A DNA stretch of 64,000 bases from Chrysomallon squamiferum (GCA_012295275.1 CM022665.1:20894001-20958000); one strand, 5' to 3'. Shown: positions 23,561 through 38,447, counted from the first letter of the stretch. Notes: generated from the sequence alone by a model not told the origin. Program-made: numbers and translations.

Positions 23561-24884
23561 GTTTTTACATTTATTATCCTACTTTACCAAAAGACGAAAG
23601 AAAAATGTATATTTATACCTGCATTCTCATTTCTTACTTTACTTTCTCAGTTGTTATTCGTATACAAATTCTGAATTATCATGTACATGTTCAATCATAT
23701 ATTTGTAACAAATGACAAATTTTCAATAATATTTAAATTATGCATATGTTTATATATATATATATAATACGAATGTACATTTGTCCAGTATTTGAATGGT
23801 TGATTGGTGAATAAAATTTTGTAATTATATCGAAAATGTTAATTTTACTGTCTACATTAAAGTACAATTAGGTGAGCACAAATTAATGCAGGTAATGCAG
23901 TTTAAGTTCTCCAGTTAAAAATTTATGTCTGGCCACTGCACAAAGCTTACAATGACCGAACCGAGGAAAATGCGTCCTGAGATTTTTTAAGGGGTTGTTT
24001 CCCTTATACATTCATAAACGGCCTGTGTTAAAAATCCGCTTGCATTGTTTGGAAGTGCTGAGTAAAAGAACGAGAATAAACGCGAGAGAGAGAGAGAGAG
24101 AGAGAGAGTCAAAAGGAGAATATGTGAGAACACATGAAAAACTTTAACAAAAAAAATAAAAAATAAAAAAAGAACAATAAATTATAATAAATCTAAATAG
24201 AGCTTCGTTTATAAATAAATAAGTAAATGGCTAGACTGAAAGATATATATAGAGAGAGATAGATATAGACTGATAGATATATAGATAGATAGATAGATAG
24301 ATAGGTAGATAGATAGACAGATAAAAAAGAAATAAAATAATGTAATACATTTATTGCTCATATTAATACTATTACTATTATTCCTATTCTTAGTGCTACT
24401 ACTACGATTTCAACAGTAAGAACATATATAATTAAAACAACAACTACTATTACTACAATCCATTATTATTACAACGGGGCAGTGGGTACGTCATGACTGA
24501 TCGTTGGGAATCACTTTTATATCTATTGTATATATGTTGTAATATTTGTGAGGTAAATATATCTCAGTAATTAATTTAAACCGAAAATGACAATGAAAAC
24601 AACCATTAAAAATAATAATAATAATAACTAAACTAAACTAAACTAAACTAAACTAAACTAAACTAAACTAAAATAAAATAAAATAAAATAAAACCCTTCA
24701 AATTTAGCAGTTTTAATGATAAATAAAATGCTTACTATTAATTAAATGATTTAGAAATATTTGACGGATCAGTTCTCTAGTACTTTACAATGTGTTAATG
24801 AATTAAAAATATAAAATAAAATATATTAAGAACATTTTTTACACTATCGTAGAAACCAAAATTTGAAACAAAACGTATAGAGGT

Positions 24885-24913
24885 AGACACCACTATGGAG
24901 TGAGTTGACTGTT
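24885..24913 (+). promoter_or_regulatory. Proximal sequence element (PSE) region of U4 copy 1
   Basis: AGACACCACTATGGAGTGAGTTGACTGTT at -62 to -34 of U4. It is 28/29 identical to, and identically spaced as, the sequence upstream of U4 copy 2. The position matches snRNA PSEs. Confidence 0.75.
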
Positions 24914-24946
24914 TTCTTATAAATAACTGAAAATTATGACCTCGTC

Positions 24947-25087
24947 AGTTTTGCGCAGTGGCGATACCGTAGCCAGTGAGGTTTATCCGAGGCGTGGTTA
25001 TTGCTATTTGAAAACTATTCCCAATACCCAGAACTGACGCCCTTAACTGGGCGGTAAGTTCAATTTTTGATAGCCCCTACGGGGGCA
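24947..25087 (+). ncRNA. RNU4: U4 spliceosomal snRNA gene, copy 1 (about 141 nt)
   Basis: AGTTTTGCGCAGTGGCGATACCGTAGCCAGTGAGGTTTATCCGAGGCGTGGTTATTGCTATTTGAAAACTATTCCCAATACCC closely matches metazoan U4. Sm site AATTTTTGA at 25062-25070. Terminal hairpin GCCCC-TACG-GGGGC. Confidence 0.96.
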
Positions 25088-26619
25088 AATCTACAACCAA
25101 AAATAAGAAGAATATCTATTTATTTTTAACACAATTTTGTTTATGCGTTATACGTGTTTGTGACAGAAAACTAATTAGAAATCTATATAAATTTCCTTTT
25201 TACAAAATAGAAAATAAATATTCTTTATGTTTATAATGTGTTTGTTTATTCCTGTTACGTCTGTCCTTTTGATTGCTTCAGTATTGTTGCTTCAGTTATA
25301 TTATAAATTTAATTATGATAATAATTCATATATTTACAGTTTCATTAATACAAATTATTCTGTACAGTTTCTGTTATATGCTGTGAAAAGACAAAGTTCA
25401 CAAACTGCACGTGCATTGTGAGAAGTGAAAAATGAATAAGAAGGTAGAGGATTTTAAGACTAGACTAAAATAATTATACAGATCTGACAAGAAGAAAAGT
25501 TATTAGCGTAATAGATAAAAGAAACAAATATATAAATAAATAAAGTAAGTAAGTGAGTAACTAAATTTAGTTATTTATTTCCAGTCCTTATACATTTCTG
25601 TTTTAATAAATGTATATTTGTGCATCGTCCAAAGTCCTTATTACACAGTATAATGGGAACGCAAATGTGCATGCACGTTCATAAATGAAAAGCGGAAAGA
25701 AAAAGAAAAGAAAAAGAAATTAAAACTAATAAAGCTTGAGACTAGATATAACACTTTTAAATCTTTAGTTTGGAGGAATGCTTTATTTTCATTATTATAA
25801 TTATTATTGTTGTTGTTGTTGTTAATATTTTTGTTTATATAATAATCTACGTAGAGGGTAGATGATAAATATTTAAACTGACGGTTAAATAGATTGATAG
25901 TATTAAGAATTATTATAAATTGACTTATTTTGAAACGTACTTTGCTGGAAAAAATACAATAAATAAATAAAGAAAGAAAAATAGAAAATAATGAAAAGAA
26001 AAACAGAAGAACGAAAGAATCAACTCGAAACATTAATAAAGAAACATAAAAAGTGGAAATCGGTGAGAAGGTAAATGTTACATAACAACGAAGATTTATA
26101 TTATCACATATCAGATACTTAGCATTATGTTTTTTACTGTTAAAATCACTGCCTCCATATTAGGAAATACTCTTAACGCAAAGAGAGATGTTTCATGTTA
26201 GAGCCGTGAGTATCATTTGGAATGGAAAATAACCGGAAAATATTTGTTAGAATTCGAGAAAGAGCAACATGTCAAAGATTTATTGTGGACGAAGAAGCAG
26301 AAGAAAAAAAATTAAAAGAAGAAGAAGAAGAAGAAGACGAAAAAAGAAGAAGAAGAAGAAGAAGACGAAGACGAAGAAAACGAATATAAAGAAGAAACTA
26401 GCTAATGTGTTTCTCTGTTGGGAGTTTTAACATTTTAAACTAAGATATTTTAAGAAGCACGTAATTATATCATTTCTAAAATAGTTTCGATTCCGTTATA
26501 TTTGTGTTGCATTAATTTTAATAAAATCGACTTTTGTGTCATTTATGAAATCTTAGGTTGTCATTCTCCCTGATTATATCAAATTGTTCTCTGAAATTAA
26601 GCCTTCCCAAAATATCTCT

Positions 26620-26934
26620 CTTTCCACGCAAACATCAAGCAAAACAAACACGACAAACAATACGCTTTTCGAAAGCTCCAGATTGCTGGCACTCCGGGAG
26701 AAAGCAAACCATCTCTCGTCCGCTCTCATTCGTTAATCTCATACGTCAGTCTTGGTACTGGGCGGAGCTAACGCCAGCACCGCCTGGAGCCATGGGCTAG
26801 ATCAATAATGAGATTTGTTTCAGGACCACGCCCCGAGAATTCGAATCGCGAAGAAATACAATTAAGTCTTGACATGGAGTATCTGAGTGTATGTGGGTGA
26901 AAGAAATAGCCGCTGTCTTGTAGCTTTTTTTGAC
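26620..26934 (+). promoter_or_regulatory. Candidate promoter / 5' UTR of the vestigial-like gene
   Basis: GC- and CpG-rich island directly upstream of the ATG, with GC-box GGGCGGAG (~26760), CCACGCCCC (~26826) and CRE half-site TACGTCA (~26742). Confidence 0.55.
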
Positions 26935-27012
26935 ATGAGCTGCATGGATCTTATGTATCAATTTTATTCTCCGTATTTTCCTTACAAATCTTCGCCACCC
27001 GAAGATGTACAG
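26935..27012 (+). CDS. vg/VGLL: Vestigial-like transcription cofactor, exon 1
   Basis: MSCMDLMYQFYSPYFPYKSSPPEDVQ resembles the conserved Vg/VGLL2/VGLL3 N-terminus (MSCxxVMYQ). Donor CAG|gtaaga, phase 0. Not in the ORF track. Confidence 0.88.
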
Positions 27013-27282
27013 GTAAGAAGTTATTATATTATTTAATAATAATAATACTTAAATTTCTCAAGTCTTCTACGACTTCTTAATTGCACAGCAAACAGCACCG
27101 GAGAGAAACATACCAGATAAAAATCGTCCGCATTTCTCAGACTTCCAGCATCTTTGCAGTTTTCTCTCTTACACATCTACTGCTCCGTAAGCTATAAATT
27201 CCTAGCAGAGAAAAATGCCCATGACACATGAACTGCGTAGAATTTTGCTTGGCATTGTTTAATAAGAATGTTAACATTTCAG

Positions 27283-27550
27283 AAATTCGGCTTGCCGTCC
27301 ATGTACGATACCCCCGCCTCTGCTGGTCATTTCTTAGAGTCTACTCCTCAAGCTGGGGAGAAGGAGTTAGAGCAGGAACGGGAAAACCACCCGAAGGGTT
27401 CGCAGTACTTGAATCCGAATTGTTTGTTGTTGACGTATTTTTCTGGAGATACGGCCGCGGTGGTGGATGAGCATTTTTCACGTGCTCTCAGTCAACCCAG
27501 TAGTTACACACTGGACAGAAATGTTGGACCTAAATCCTGTCCAAGATCAG
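27283..27550 (+). CDS. vg/VGLL: Vestigial-like exon 2 with Vg/TONDU (TEAD/Scalloped-binding) domain
   Basis: atttcag|KFGLPSMY...QYLNPNCLLLTYFSGDTAAVVDEHFSRALSQP contains the diagnostic VxxHFxRAL motif. Donor G|gtaaga, phase 1. Confidence 0.95.
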
Positions 27551-27851
27551 GTAAGATATTGTTTTATATTTTACACACACACGTACACACACACACACAC
27601 ACACACTAGTGAACACATATACTTACAGACAGACGTACACAGGCACGCACGCATATATATGTTTGTGTGTGTATCTATCTGTCTATCTTTCTATCTATCT
27701 ATCTACCTACCTATATATAAACACACACATATGTAGATAGATAAATATGTGTATATACATGCATAATAGAATTATGTATAAAATATTCATTCATCCTGAA
27801 ATACACAGAAAAACAAGCAATAATAGTATATGCGCACATACACGTCCATGA

Positions 27852-27882
<31 letters not shown>

Positions 27883-27941
27883 ATTTAAGTTATAAATACA
27901 TTTACCTAAATCCGTATATACAAACAGAAACAGACACACAA

Positions 27942-27996
<55 letters not shown>

Positions 27997-28315
27997 AATA
28001 TTTGAACATATATAAACTGATAACAAATAGTTAATGATGTATATATAGATAGACTTATAAAATTTAAGCTTATGAAGTTTCTTTAATGCGGGTAATGAAA
28101 ATTATGTTTCAAAATCATGAGAATCATGCACAGAACGAAAGGAACAAACACATTGTTTGTGTTCTTACTTTTTAGTTTGTTTTAAGCTGTCTTAAAGGTT
28201 TAGCATTTTTACAATACAATCATCGAGTATAACGAATTCAAAAAATTATACTTAGAATATACTATTACTTGCTTTTAAAAGAATTCTTTTTCATTTTTTT
28301 TTTTTTTTTTTGCAT

Positions 28316-28640
28316 TTTACTCAGTATTAAAAGGATATTAGTTACATTTAACAAGTAATAAATATAGTGATATTTAAATTTAACTCAGTAAAATAATGAA
28401 ATTATTTATATTTAAAGTAGTATTAAAATATTATTTACATTCGTTGCAGTAAATATTGATTTTACTACTTTTATGTAACTAGTAATATAATGATATTATT
28501 TACATTTAATTCAGTATTATAATGATATTACTTACATTTAACTCAATACTATAATACCGAGAAAATTATTTAGTCTAACCTAGAAGTGTAATGATAGTAT
28601 CTGCATTTAGCTTTGTATTATAATGATATCACTTAACTTA
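28316..28640. repeat. Degenerate AT-rich tandem repeat (about 32 bp unit) in vestigial intron 2
   Basis: Repeated TTTAACTCAGTATTATAATGATATTATTTACA-like units, clearest at 28480-28555. Confidence 0.6.
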
Positions 28641-29322
28641 ATGTGTTAATAATTAGTTTTTAATTAAACACGTCAATTTTACTTAATATTTTATTCCTTA
28701 GGTTTTAATATATATATATATCATTCAGACTTTACTTAAAATGTCATTACTTAGAATTCACTTAAAATATTATTATTTAATTTAATATTACATAGTTCAG
28801 AGAGTGTATATTAATTTCGCTTAATATAAAATTACTTAGTTTTAACAGAAATATGTTAACTATTTCTTTGTTTTATTTCATGTTTTATTATTTACAACTT
28901 AAATACTTAGCTTTTACTTTATATATCTTATTTTTATATTTAATATAAATCTGAGTTTTACTTATTATATTATACATCAGTTACGAAAATAATATTTAGT
29001 TTTTATTATATAACTTAGTTTTTTACTGTTGAATTACTCAGTTTAGGAAAATAATACTTAGTTTTTCTTAGTTAATATGATGTTACAGAATTTTTTCTTA
29101 ATATAATTATTTAGGTTTTATTTAATATGACATTTTATTTAATATTATATTACATAGAATTGTACTTGCATAACAATATTTAATTATACTGAGTATATAA
29201 TTACTTAGAGCTTTTAATAATTTAAAAAAAATTAATTAATTTTAATTTTACTTATTCTATAATTTCATTAATCTTTTTTCTTGTAATTTTTTTTATTTTG
29301 CTATTAATTCTAGAGCTAAGAT

Positions 29323-29357
<35 letters not shown>

Positions 29358-29480
29358 TTCTGTTTAAAACATTTTAGACAAATGAGACAGATTTTTTCAG
29401 TCTTATTCTTTTCTTCTGATGTGTTAAATAAAACAATGTCAATGTAAAATTAAATAAATCACTTAAAATGAAAAAAAAAA

Positions 29481-29512
<32 letters not shown>

Positions 29513-29624
29513 GTATCTTACAATTATTTCTTGACTTTCCATTTCGGTAAGAAATTAACTGATGCAAAATAAAAAAAAATGAAAACGAAAGAAAAAAGAT
29601 CGAAAACAAGATTTATAGAAATGG

Positions 29625-29693
<69 letters not shown>

Positions 29694-30414
29694 AAAGCAG
29701 CAACAATTAAATATATAACTTTTTTATTTTCGTTTCTAATAAAAAAAAATATTTTTTTATTCTGTCTTTTCCACACATACAAACTATAAATATTTTTAAC
29801 TTACGCACACACTCACTTAACCCGGCTCTTAAAGCCTGAAAATAAACACAAGCAGAAACCGAGCGTTCAAAATGCAATTTGTCAGGCTGTAAAACACGGC
29901 GTTAATAATTACATTCAATAAACATAAATACGTTTAGGAGGGAGCAGAAGATTGCGCGGATAAATCGCGCGAAACCGCGGCACTTGGAAAGCTATTCAAG
30001 GGGCGATCACTCACATCATGGTTATCTCTCAATTAACGTCACACTTCGAGTTTGATACGCTGCAACACGTGGCCGCTCCGTCCAAACACTAGACCGCGGC
30101 TCTAATATCGCTGATGACACTCACCCCAGGGAAAGTGATGATAGGGACCCCGACTAGGCCCCAGGGGAGAGATGTGAATGAAATTAATCCGGTTTGTTCA
30201 GCTGCTTTTCACATGTTAGATCTGTAATGAGGTGATTATTTTGAAAAGAAAATACAAGACTTGTCTGTGTCTTTTTAAAAACGATTTTCTTCTTTCTCTA
30301 CAGACAGCGTAATTTTTTTCTTTTTTTTTCTTTAAAATCTCTGCTTTCTTCTTCTTCTTCTTCATTTTACTGTTATTGCTGTTGTCATTGTTATTGTTAG
30401 TAGTACTGGAATTG

Positions 30415-30457
<43 letters not shown>

Positions 30458-30909
30458 GTAGAAGTATTATTAGTAATATTAATATTAGTAGTAATAGCAA
30501 TAGTAAAAGTCGTAGCAGCAGCAACAATAGTAGTAGTAGCAATAATAATAATAGTAGTAGCAACAGCAACAGTAGTAGTAGTAGTAACGGAAGCAGCAGC
30601 AGCAGTAGTAGTAGTATTAGTAGTAACAATAATAACTTATACTACTCCTCCAACCCCAATTTAATGTTATGCAAAAAGTGGATAGAAGAAGATTAGTTTC
30701 AAAATTGGAACCTGTAAAATTTATGAATAATAAAACACAATTTGCAGTTTCTGTGTAATTATTCTTAGATGTTTTATGAAGAAATATTTTCAGATAATTA
30801 ACACGGGATCATAAAGTATAAACGCTGGATTAATAAATAAATACATATATTGCATGTATTTAACAAAGAACAACAGTAAAGATATTTCATTTTTGTTTGG
30901 AATTTTTAT

Positions 30910-30943
<34 letters not shown>

Positions 30944-31454
30944 CATTCTACAATTTGCACACATTATATTGTCAAGTAACCCGTAAAAGACATGATGATG
31001 ATGATGATAAGATTGACTGTAATGGTTGCAATGATGATGTTGTGACTACAACTGCTGTTATTCAGTACTACTACAACTAAAATCACTACTACCTCAGCTA
31101 TTACTACCATGACTATTACTACTACTATTAATACAACATCTGCTATTACTACTACAATTACTGCATCTAGTCCTACTACTGTTATTAGTGGTACCACTAC
31201 TATTTGTTTGTTTTGGGTTTTTTGTTTTAGTACTGTATGTATGTTTACAAAACGTATATTAATCTGTAACGTCAGCTGTCTTTTTTTTTCTTTTTACAAG
31301 AAACCGAAAATTAACCCTTTATCTGCTACACACATCTTATCTTTATGTTTATGAGGAAATTAACTTGCTGACAGAGTCTAAATGAATAGTAATGGGGAAA
31401 AAACCCTGTCTATTCTGCTACTGCTGGTGTTTTGTAAACGACAACAACAACAAC

Positions 31455-31493
<39 letters not shown>

Positions 31494-33892
31494 CTTAACT
31501 CATAAAATAAAGAAGAAGAAAAAGAGAAGAAATAAAAAAAGAGACCAAAAAGAAAAAAGAAAAGAAAAGAAAAAGGTCAAACAACAACAATAAATATTGG
31601 TTGTATTTTTGTCTCTCTTTTATCTGGAAATCTACATAGGTCGTGAAATAAAATAAAACGAAACAACACAAACTGATAAAATGAAATGAGAATATATTAG
31701 GAGTGATATAAAACTAAAATATGCTTTTCCTGAACTAACATACTAACGCCGCGAACAGACAAAATGATAGATTACATAGATCACATATATACATTTACAT
31801 ATTTTTATAAAGTAATAAATGTTTGTGAATCATATTTAAGATTCTGCCGAACACGCGCGCACACCAACATACTTACATACATACACACACACACAAACAC
31901 ACACACACATATATAATTATATGTATTATTGATACGTTTTACATGTTACCCTTGTTCATTAACAATCCTTTTAATCTGATTAACAAACTTTTACTATTTT
32001 ATTTCGGTGAGGGAACAGAAAAAAAAAATATATATATATAAAAAAATATAGGAATATAAATAAAAAAAAAAAATGAGAGAAATATTTGAGAATAAGACGT
32101 TAATTTATGTATTTCACGGGTTTATATATATATATATATATATATATTGATTGCTTTTTTCATTTTATTCTAAATTATAATAAAATTTGTATAAAAACTG
32201 AAGTACATTGGATGATTAGCAACACAGTGCGAAAATAAATAAATAAATAAATAAAGTTCACTATTTACAAATTAATGTCAAAATGTTTATTACTAAAGAT
32301 TAATGTATCTAGGAAAATCAGAAATTCTATTTGTGTTTTACTGTTGTCGTCGTCATCATTATTATCGTTGTTGTTGTTGTTTTGATATTTTATAGATCAT
32401 TTTCGAGATTAAAAGTAAATTCAAATTCAAAAAAAAATAAAAAATAAAAAATAAAAAATTCCTAAAGTTTCACCCATATATTATTATCAAAAAATAACGC
32501 AGGATAATACTTTAAAATAATTTTTAAAAAATTAGAAGATGTTCTAAAATACAGTACGGATAAAGATTAAAAATAAAAGTTTTACGAAAATGTGTTATAT
32601 TTATCCACAACGAAATAAATAAATAAATGAAAAAAAAAAAAAAAAAAAAAAAAAAATAACGATAAAAATACTGAAGTAAAATAAATAAAGAAAGAAAGAA
32701 AGAAAAAAAGAAAAGAAAAAGAAAACAATGGAATTATAAAAACGTAGTATAGTTCAAGTATATTTATATCACTCTATGTGAACATCGACACGCCTGCAGT
32801 TTTCTCTATTCATTTTAATGCCTAAAGCATTTGTTCCACTGATATATCTTTCCAAATATATTTCTAAATATTTTATTTATTTATTTATTTGTTTAGTTAT
32901 TTATTTTATTATGTTGTTGATTATTTCTGATAATTGTCCCTTTATGTATGTTCATTTGTCTTATGATTTATTGCATAGTTTTATTTACTGAGTTTCTTAA
33001 AAATAAAATAAAATTCATTGGTTGATTATAAAGATTATTTAAACTAGATTTTATTTATTTCTTCTTCTTCTTATTATTATCATCATCATCATCATCATCA
33101 TAATTACTACGACTGTTACTACTACTATTATTATCATTATCATCATCATCATCATCATTATTTTGAAATAAATAGAAAATGATTTAATAATAATAATTAA
33201 TAATAATAAAAAGAAGAAAAATAAAAACAGTTTTTTAACTAGGTCGCGACGCATTAGTGAAAATGACCTTGATCGTGTGTAGTTTTTGGTGACGTCGATA
33301 TTTGAACAACAACGATTGGCTAACTCGGGGATGTCAATGTTTAATGACGCCATCTTGTATCAATCCGGGATCGGCGTATACACACATGTAGCGATAATTC
33401 TAATCTCCGTCCATTTCTCAAGCTGATCTTATTCTATAAAAACAATAACGCGAAAATTTTATTTTATGTTTGTTCGGGTTATGGTCAATTTTTCTGGCTA
33501 TGAAAATTTCTCATGTTGTTTGGAATCGGCTTTATGAAGTTCCTAAACACAGTTTGCGTTATAAGTGTTCATGCTTGCTTAGACTTTCTTATCCAAACAC
33601 TATCTCGTCTCTAAAATCCCGAGTTTATCCGATAAACCTGAAAGGATGAAGAAAGTGGTTTTCCCATCCCTCGCGAATCCTACATTATTTGTCACATTGT
33701 TTTTGGCATACACACAAGACCGGGACAATTTTTTTTTTTTTTTGCTTTTAAATAGAAAAATATACGCTTTAGTTAAACACACTGAAAACAAACCAATCAA
33801 ATACTCGCAGATTTATAACGGCAAATATCAGCTTTATGTTACTGCGTGCATAAACTGATGGGTGCAGTATTGTAATTAATTTTTAAAATTTA

Positions 33893-33941
<49 letters not shown>

Positions 33942-34529
33942 TTTCAAATTTTTCTCTTTTTGCTTCTACATTCTTTCTTCCACATTACCAGTAAACATTT
34001 TATTATCATAAGCGACACACACACGCACACATACAAAAAAAAAGAAGAGAAATACGTATCGTTACGTCACGTCTGTAATTTAGAAAATTTCACCCACTGA
34101 ACTGTCGAGTGAGTGGAAGTAACAACTGCAGTGTTTGTCAAAGAGAACACAGAAAGATATATACACCTATGTTGTACGTAATTAAACACGCCACTCCTAG
34201 TAGCAAAACGAGACGGAGTGATACACGAAAACCAGTTGTTCCGAGATGTCGGATTTTTTTTTTTTCCTCCAAATATCGACCTTCGACATCTTTTTTTTTA
34301 CAGCGTGTTTTCGTCTTGTAACGAAACGCATTTCTTTCAAAGTCGACATCACCGGCAGTTAAATTTATATACCTCGTTGTGCCTATAGTTTGTAAATTAT
34401 CGCTTTGTATATATGTATTTCGGTGTCGGGAAAAAAAAGCTAATCTTATACATTTACAAATGAATTATTAAATAAGAAACTTTGATTTCCACAGTTAGAA
34501 AGATGGGTGAAAAGAAGAGAAAAAAAAAT

Positions 34530-34575
<46 letters not shown>

Positions 34576-36939
34576 GTTCGATAAAGATACGAAGTATAAT
34601 TTGTGAAAAATTAGTTTTTGAACGACTCAGATATTTATTATTAATTTAAATCAAAGTTAGGTGAACTTAAATAGGTATTGATACATCCACAGAACAGTTT
34701 ATCACTATTTGAGGTTGAACTGTTTGAGACTTTCAAGTATCATGTGATTGCAAACATTCAACAGTAACAAAAATATTAATGCACAAAATACTTGTCTTCG
34801 TTAATTTTTTAAATCAAAGTTTAATGACGTTACTGAGTTTCAGACGAAAATCGCGAGATTGATCAGATGTAGCAGTGCCTACTAACGTTCACCTAACTTT
34901 TTTTTAAGAGCAAGTTGTCATCAATCTCTGGATTACTTGCGTTCGTGAGTATCAAAATGAGGTTAACCCGCGCTACTAATCGTGAGATTTTGGACATTAT
35001 CTTTTAGTTATGTATATATGTAGTAAAACCTAGATAAGTTAGTATGTAAGTAAGTATATAAGAAAGTAAGCAAATAAATGAATAAATAAATAAACAAATA
35101 AATAAATAAGAAAAATCTTTCTGCACATCGCTGTTTTAATCAACCATTGAAAATTACTAACATCCTCGGACATTTCTGCCATTATGTATACTGTGTCTGT
35201 CCGTAACTTTGTTAATGCTAGTGCTGAAAAAAAAGCTTATATTTGTTTTATATCGCTCCAAATTTATTTCTGGTAGAACATAGGATACGATCCAACGAAC
35301 TGACGCCCAAAGACTTAACCAGGCGCCAGTCTGTGGCATTTTTTGTTAACAACTGAATAATATTATGTAGTCAGTGTGTACGCATGTTTAAATAAAACAG
35401 TTAGTTGTATATATGTAAAAACCTATAATTAATAATTGTTCTTTGACTCTTACTTTGTTGTTGTTTTGTGTTAATCCGGTATTTTTAAATAATAATAATA
35501 ATAATAATAATAATTGTTGTTGATGTTGTTGTTTTGCTGTTGTTACTGTTGTTGTAGCTTTTACTATTATTACTACTACTACTACTACGACCATTATTAT
35601 GATTATTGGTATTATTATTACTATTATTATTATTCTTATTAACGTAAAACACGTGTATGTACTTTGAAGCCGTGTAAAAATCTTGTTTAAAAGACGTGTA
35701 AATTCTAATTAGACCTGTTAGCGAACTACATGTAAGAGAATATTGAACGAGGCAGCATGGATTCCGTTATTAATTTTATTTCTAAGACACGTGGGACATG
35801 TGTTTTTATTTTAATAAATCTTTACAGCACTTTCAACACTTACTTCGTAAAAACACCGACTCTCTTACAGAATTCATCGTAAACTTCCGGTACGGGGTAT
35901 AACTCGTAATTGGCCGCGAAGAGCACATAATCACAATTTAATCTTGCGGACAAGTGAGGGAAATCCCGCAGTCTGCGTTACGATAATTAAAATTTGTTAG
36001 TTACCACGTTTGAAAGCGGCGTCTGCTTCTCATTGTATCCAGTAATTACCTTTTCGCTGTGTAAAGTTACGTCAATTTTTAATGCAGCCGATTTGGCCAG
36101 ATCTTTCTCCTGTCTGTCTGTCTGTCCACCAGTTTAAACGTGGATTTTTTTTTTAATGTTTTTTTTTTTTTTTTTTGACCTTCTGACCTATTTACCTACT
36201 TTGAAAATTCGATCACAATTCTAAAAAAAAAAAAAAAAAAAAAATTAGTAATAATAAAACAATGTATTTTTAATTTTCATAAAGGGAAACAAAATGAATG
36301 ATTATTTGATTTTTAAAACTCCTTATATACAAATATGTGTGATTTGTGTGTGTGTGTGTGTGTATGTGTGTGTGTGTGTTTCCAAATTCAATGTAACTGA
36401 TTTTACCCCGAGAACAATCTTTGCTAACAATAAAGTATGATAATGAAATAATAAATCTTGAGTACTCTTAAATAGATATATAAATAAATAAATAAATAAG
36501 TTAGTAAAACAGAAAATTAAGCGCATGGTCTTTAGAAGAAATCTCTTACTAGTGGTAAAAAAAAAAAAAAAAATCAGTGTCTGTTATTTATGAACATCGC
36601 ATTTTAACATCAAGATCATCGACATTTATATTTTATCCCTGGCATGCAATACATTTTCTGTTATCACAACAGCAAGTAGTTATGTCAATTAATTCACTAC
36701 TCTAGAATTACGATTGCTATCAATTAATGTCTTGAAATAAATAGACCGCTCGCCTATCTGATGTTCTGGTGCAGAGACACGTCTGAAGGAGTGATTGTGA
36801 TTACGCTAATGTTAGTCTACAGCAGGGCGTTTTTACGTTTTCCACGATTTACTGTCTTACGTCAGATATATGCTAACTAAAAAAAGTTAAAACGGCTCCA
36901 TTTTTTTATATATATATTTTTAAATTTAAAAATGTTTGA

Positions 36940-37030
<91 letters not shown>

Positions 37031-37836
37031 TTATGCGTTTGTGTAGAGTTTATTATGGTTGTTGTTTTATTACCACTGTTATTATTATTGTTATTATTGC
37101 TATTGTTCTGTTAATAATGATAAGGACATTTTATTCATTCATTCATTTATCATTCGTTCATATTTATTATTATTATTTAGTAATTTATTTGTTTCTATTT
37201 ATTTTCCAAATGTAATTTAAATTGGTTATTATTATTATTATCATTATTACTATTGTTGTTGTTGTTGTTGTTGTTGTTATTATTATTATTCCGCTTCGTT
37301 AAAAAAAAAAAAAAAAAAAAAAAAAATTAGGAATGGTATTATTCTCTACATGTTTTAAATTTATATTTGAAAAAAAAGAAGCTATGTGAGGGAAAAAGAA
37401 AATAAATTGTAATAGCAGAAGACCTGATTTTCTGAATGTTTTCATTAAATATGAACAATAAACTGAAAAATAGTAAAGTTCGGTCAGCTTGAACAATTAT
37501 ATATATATAATTTCCGATATATGTTATTTCCTTAATAATAATTTATGGCTTAAATGAGCTGAATCCTCTTAAATAATATAACGAAACAAACAGTGGAATA
37601 AAAAAAAAAAAAAATAAAATAAAAAAAAAAAAAAAATTAATGAAATAAAATGACGGAATGAAAAGGAGGAAAGAGAAAAAAAAAAAAAAATAAAGAACGT
37701 TTTCGTTAAAAATAATTAAAAATAAATAAATAAATAATACAAAATCATATATATAAAAAAGAAACTATATAGATATATAAAAGCCGAGAAATTGTGAAAG
37801 AAAATGGGAGAAAACCAAAAAATTGTCCTTAAAAAA

Positions 37837-37898
<62 letters not shown>

Positions 37899-38396
37899 AG
37901 AGAAAAAAAAATAAAAATAAAAAATAGAAAAAGAGTATACCCGGGTTACTCGAAACTTACCATCTGTTTAAGAGTAAAATTTCAGTTGTGTATTTTTTCT
38001 GTCGTCTTTCATGTCCGGCGTCTTCGCGACTTTGAAGTTTTAATGTTTTAATTCTCCTTTGAGTAGCTCGTCTGAAATCTTCACCTTGAGCGTGGCGTTA
38101 CTGTGACGTAATTCTATCTCTGAGTAGAGGCATGTTTCTTTGATGTTGCCGTAGCTGTCGTATGTTGCAGTGAAAATAATAAACATCAGCACCTACTGGT
38201 CTAGTGTGTGTTATCCCCACACAAATCTCGTAATGAATAAGAATATACATTTTTTAAAATAAAAGTTGAAACTTGAATTTGTTTATGAAAAAGAAAGGTT
38301 TTACGTCATCATCATCATCATTACAATTATCATATTAGCGTCGTATTATTATTATTATTATTATTATTTATTATTTATTTTAAAATTGGTTATTCT

Positions 38397-38447
<51 letters not shown>

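Noticed and set aside
30216-30696. Poly-Leu/Ile/Asn/Ser, SLSLSL, ERERER and THTHTH ORFs here and throughout the track
   Set aside because: These are translations of (AAT)n, (GA)n, (CA)n and similar microsatellites, with no domain or splice support.
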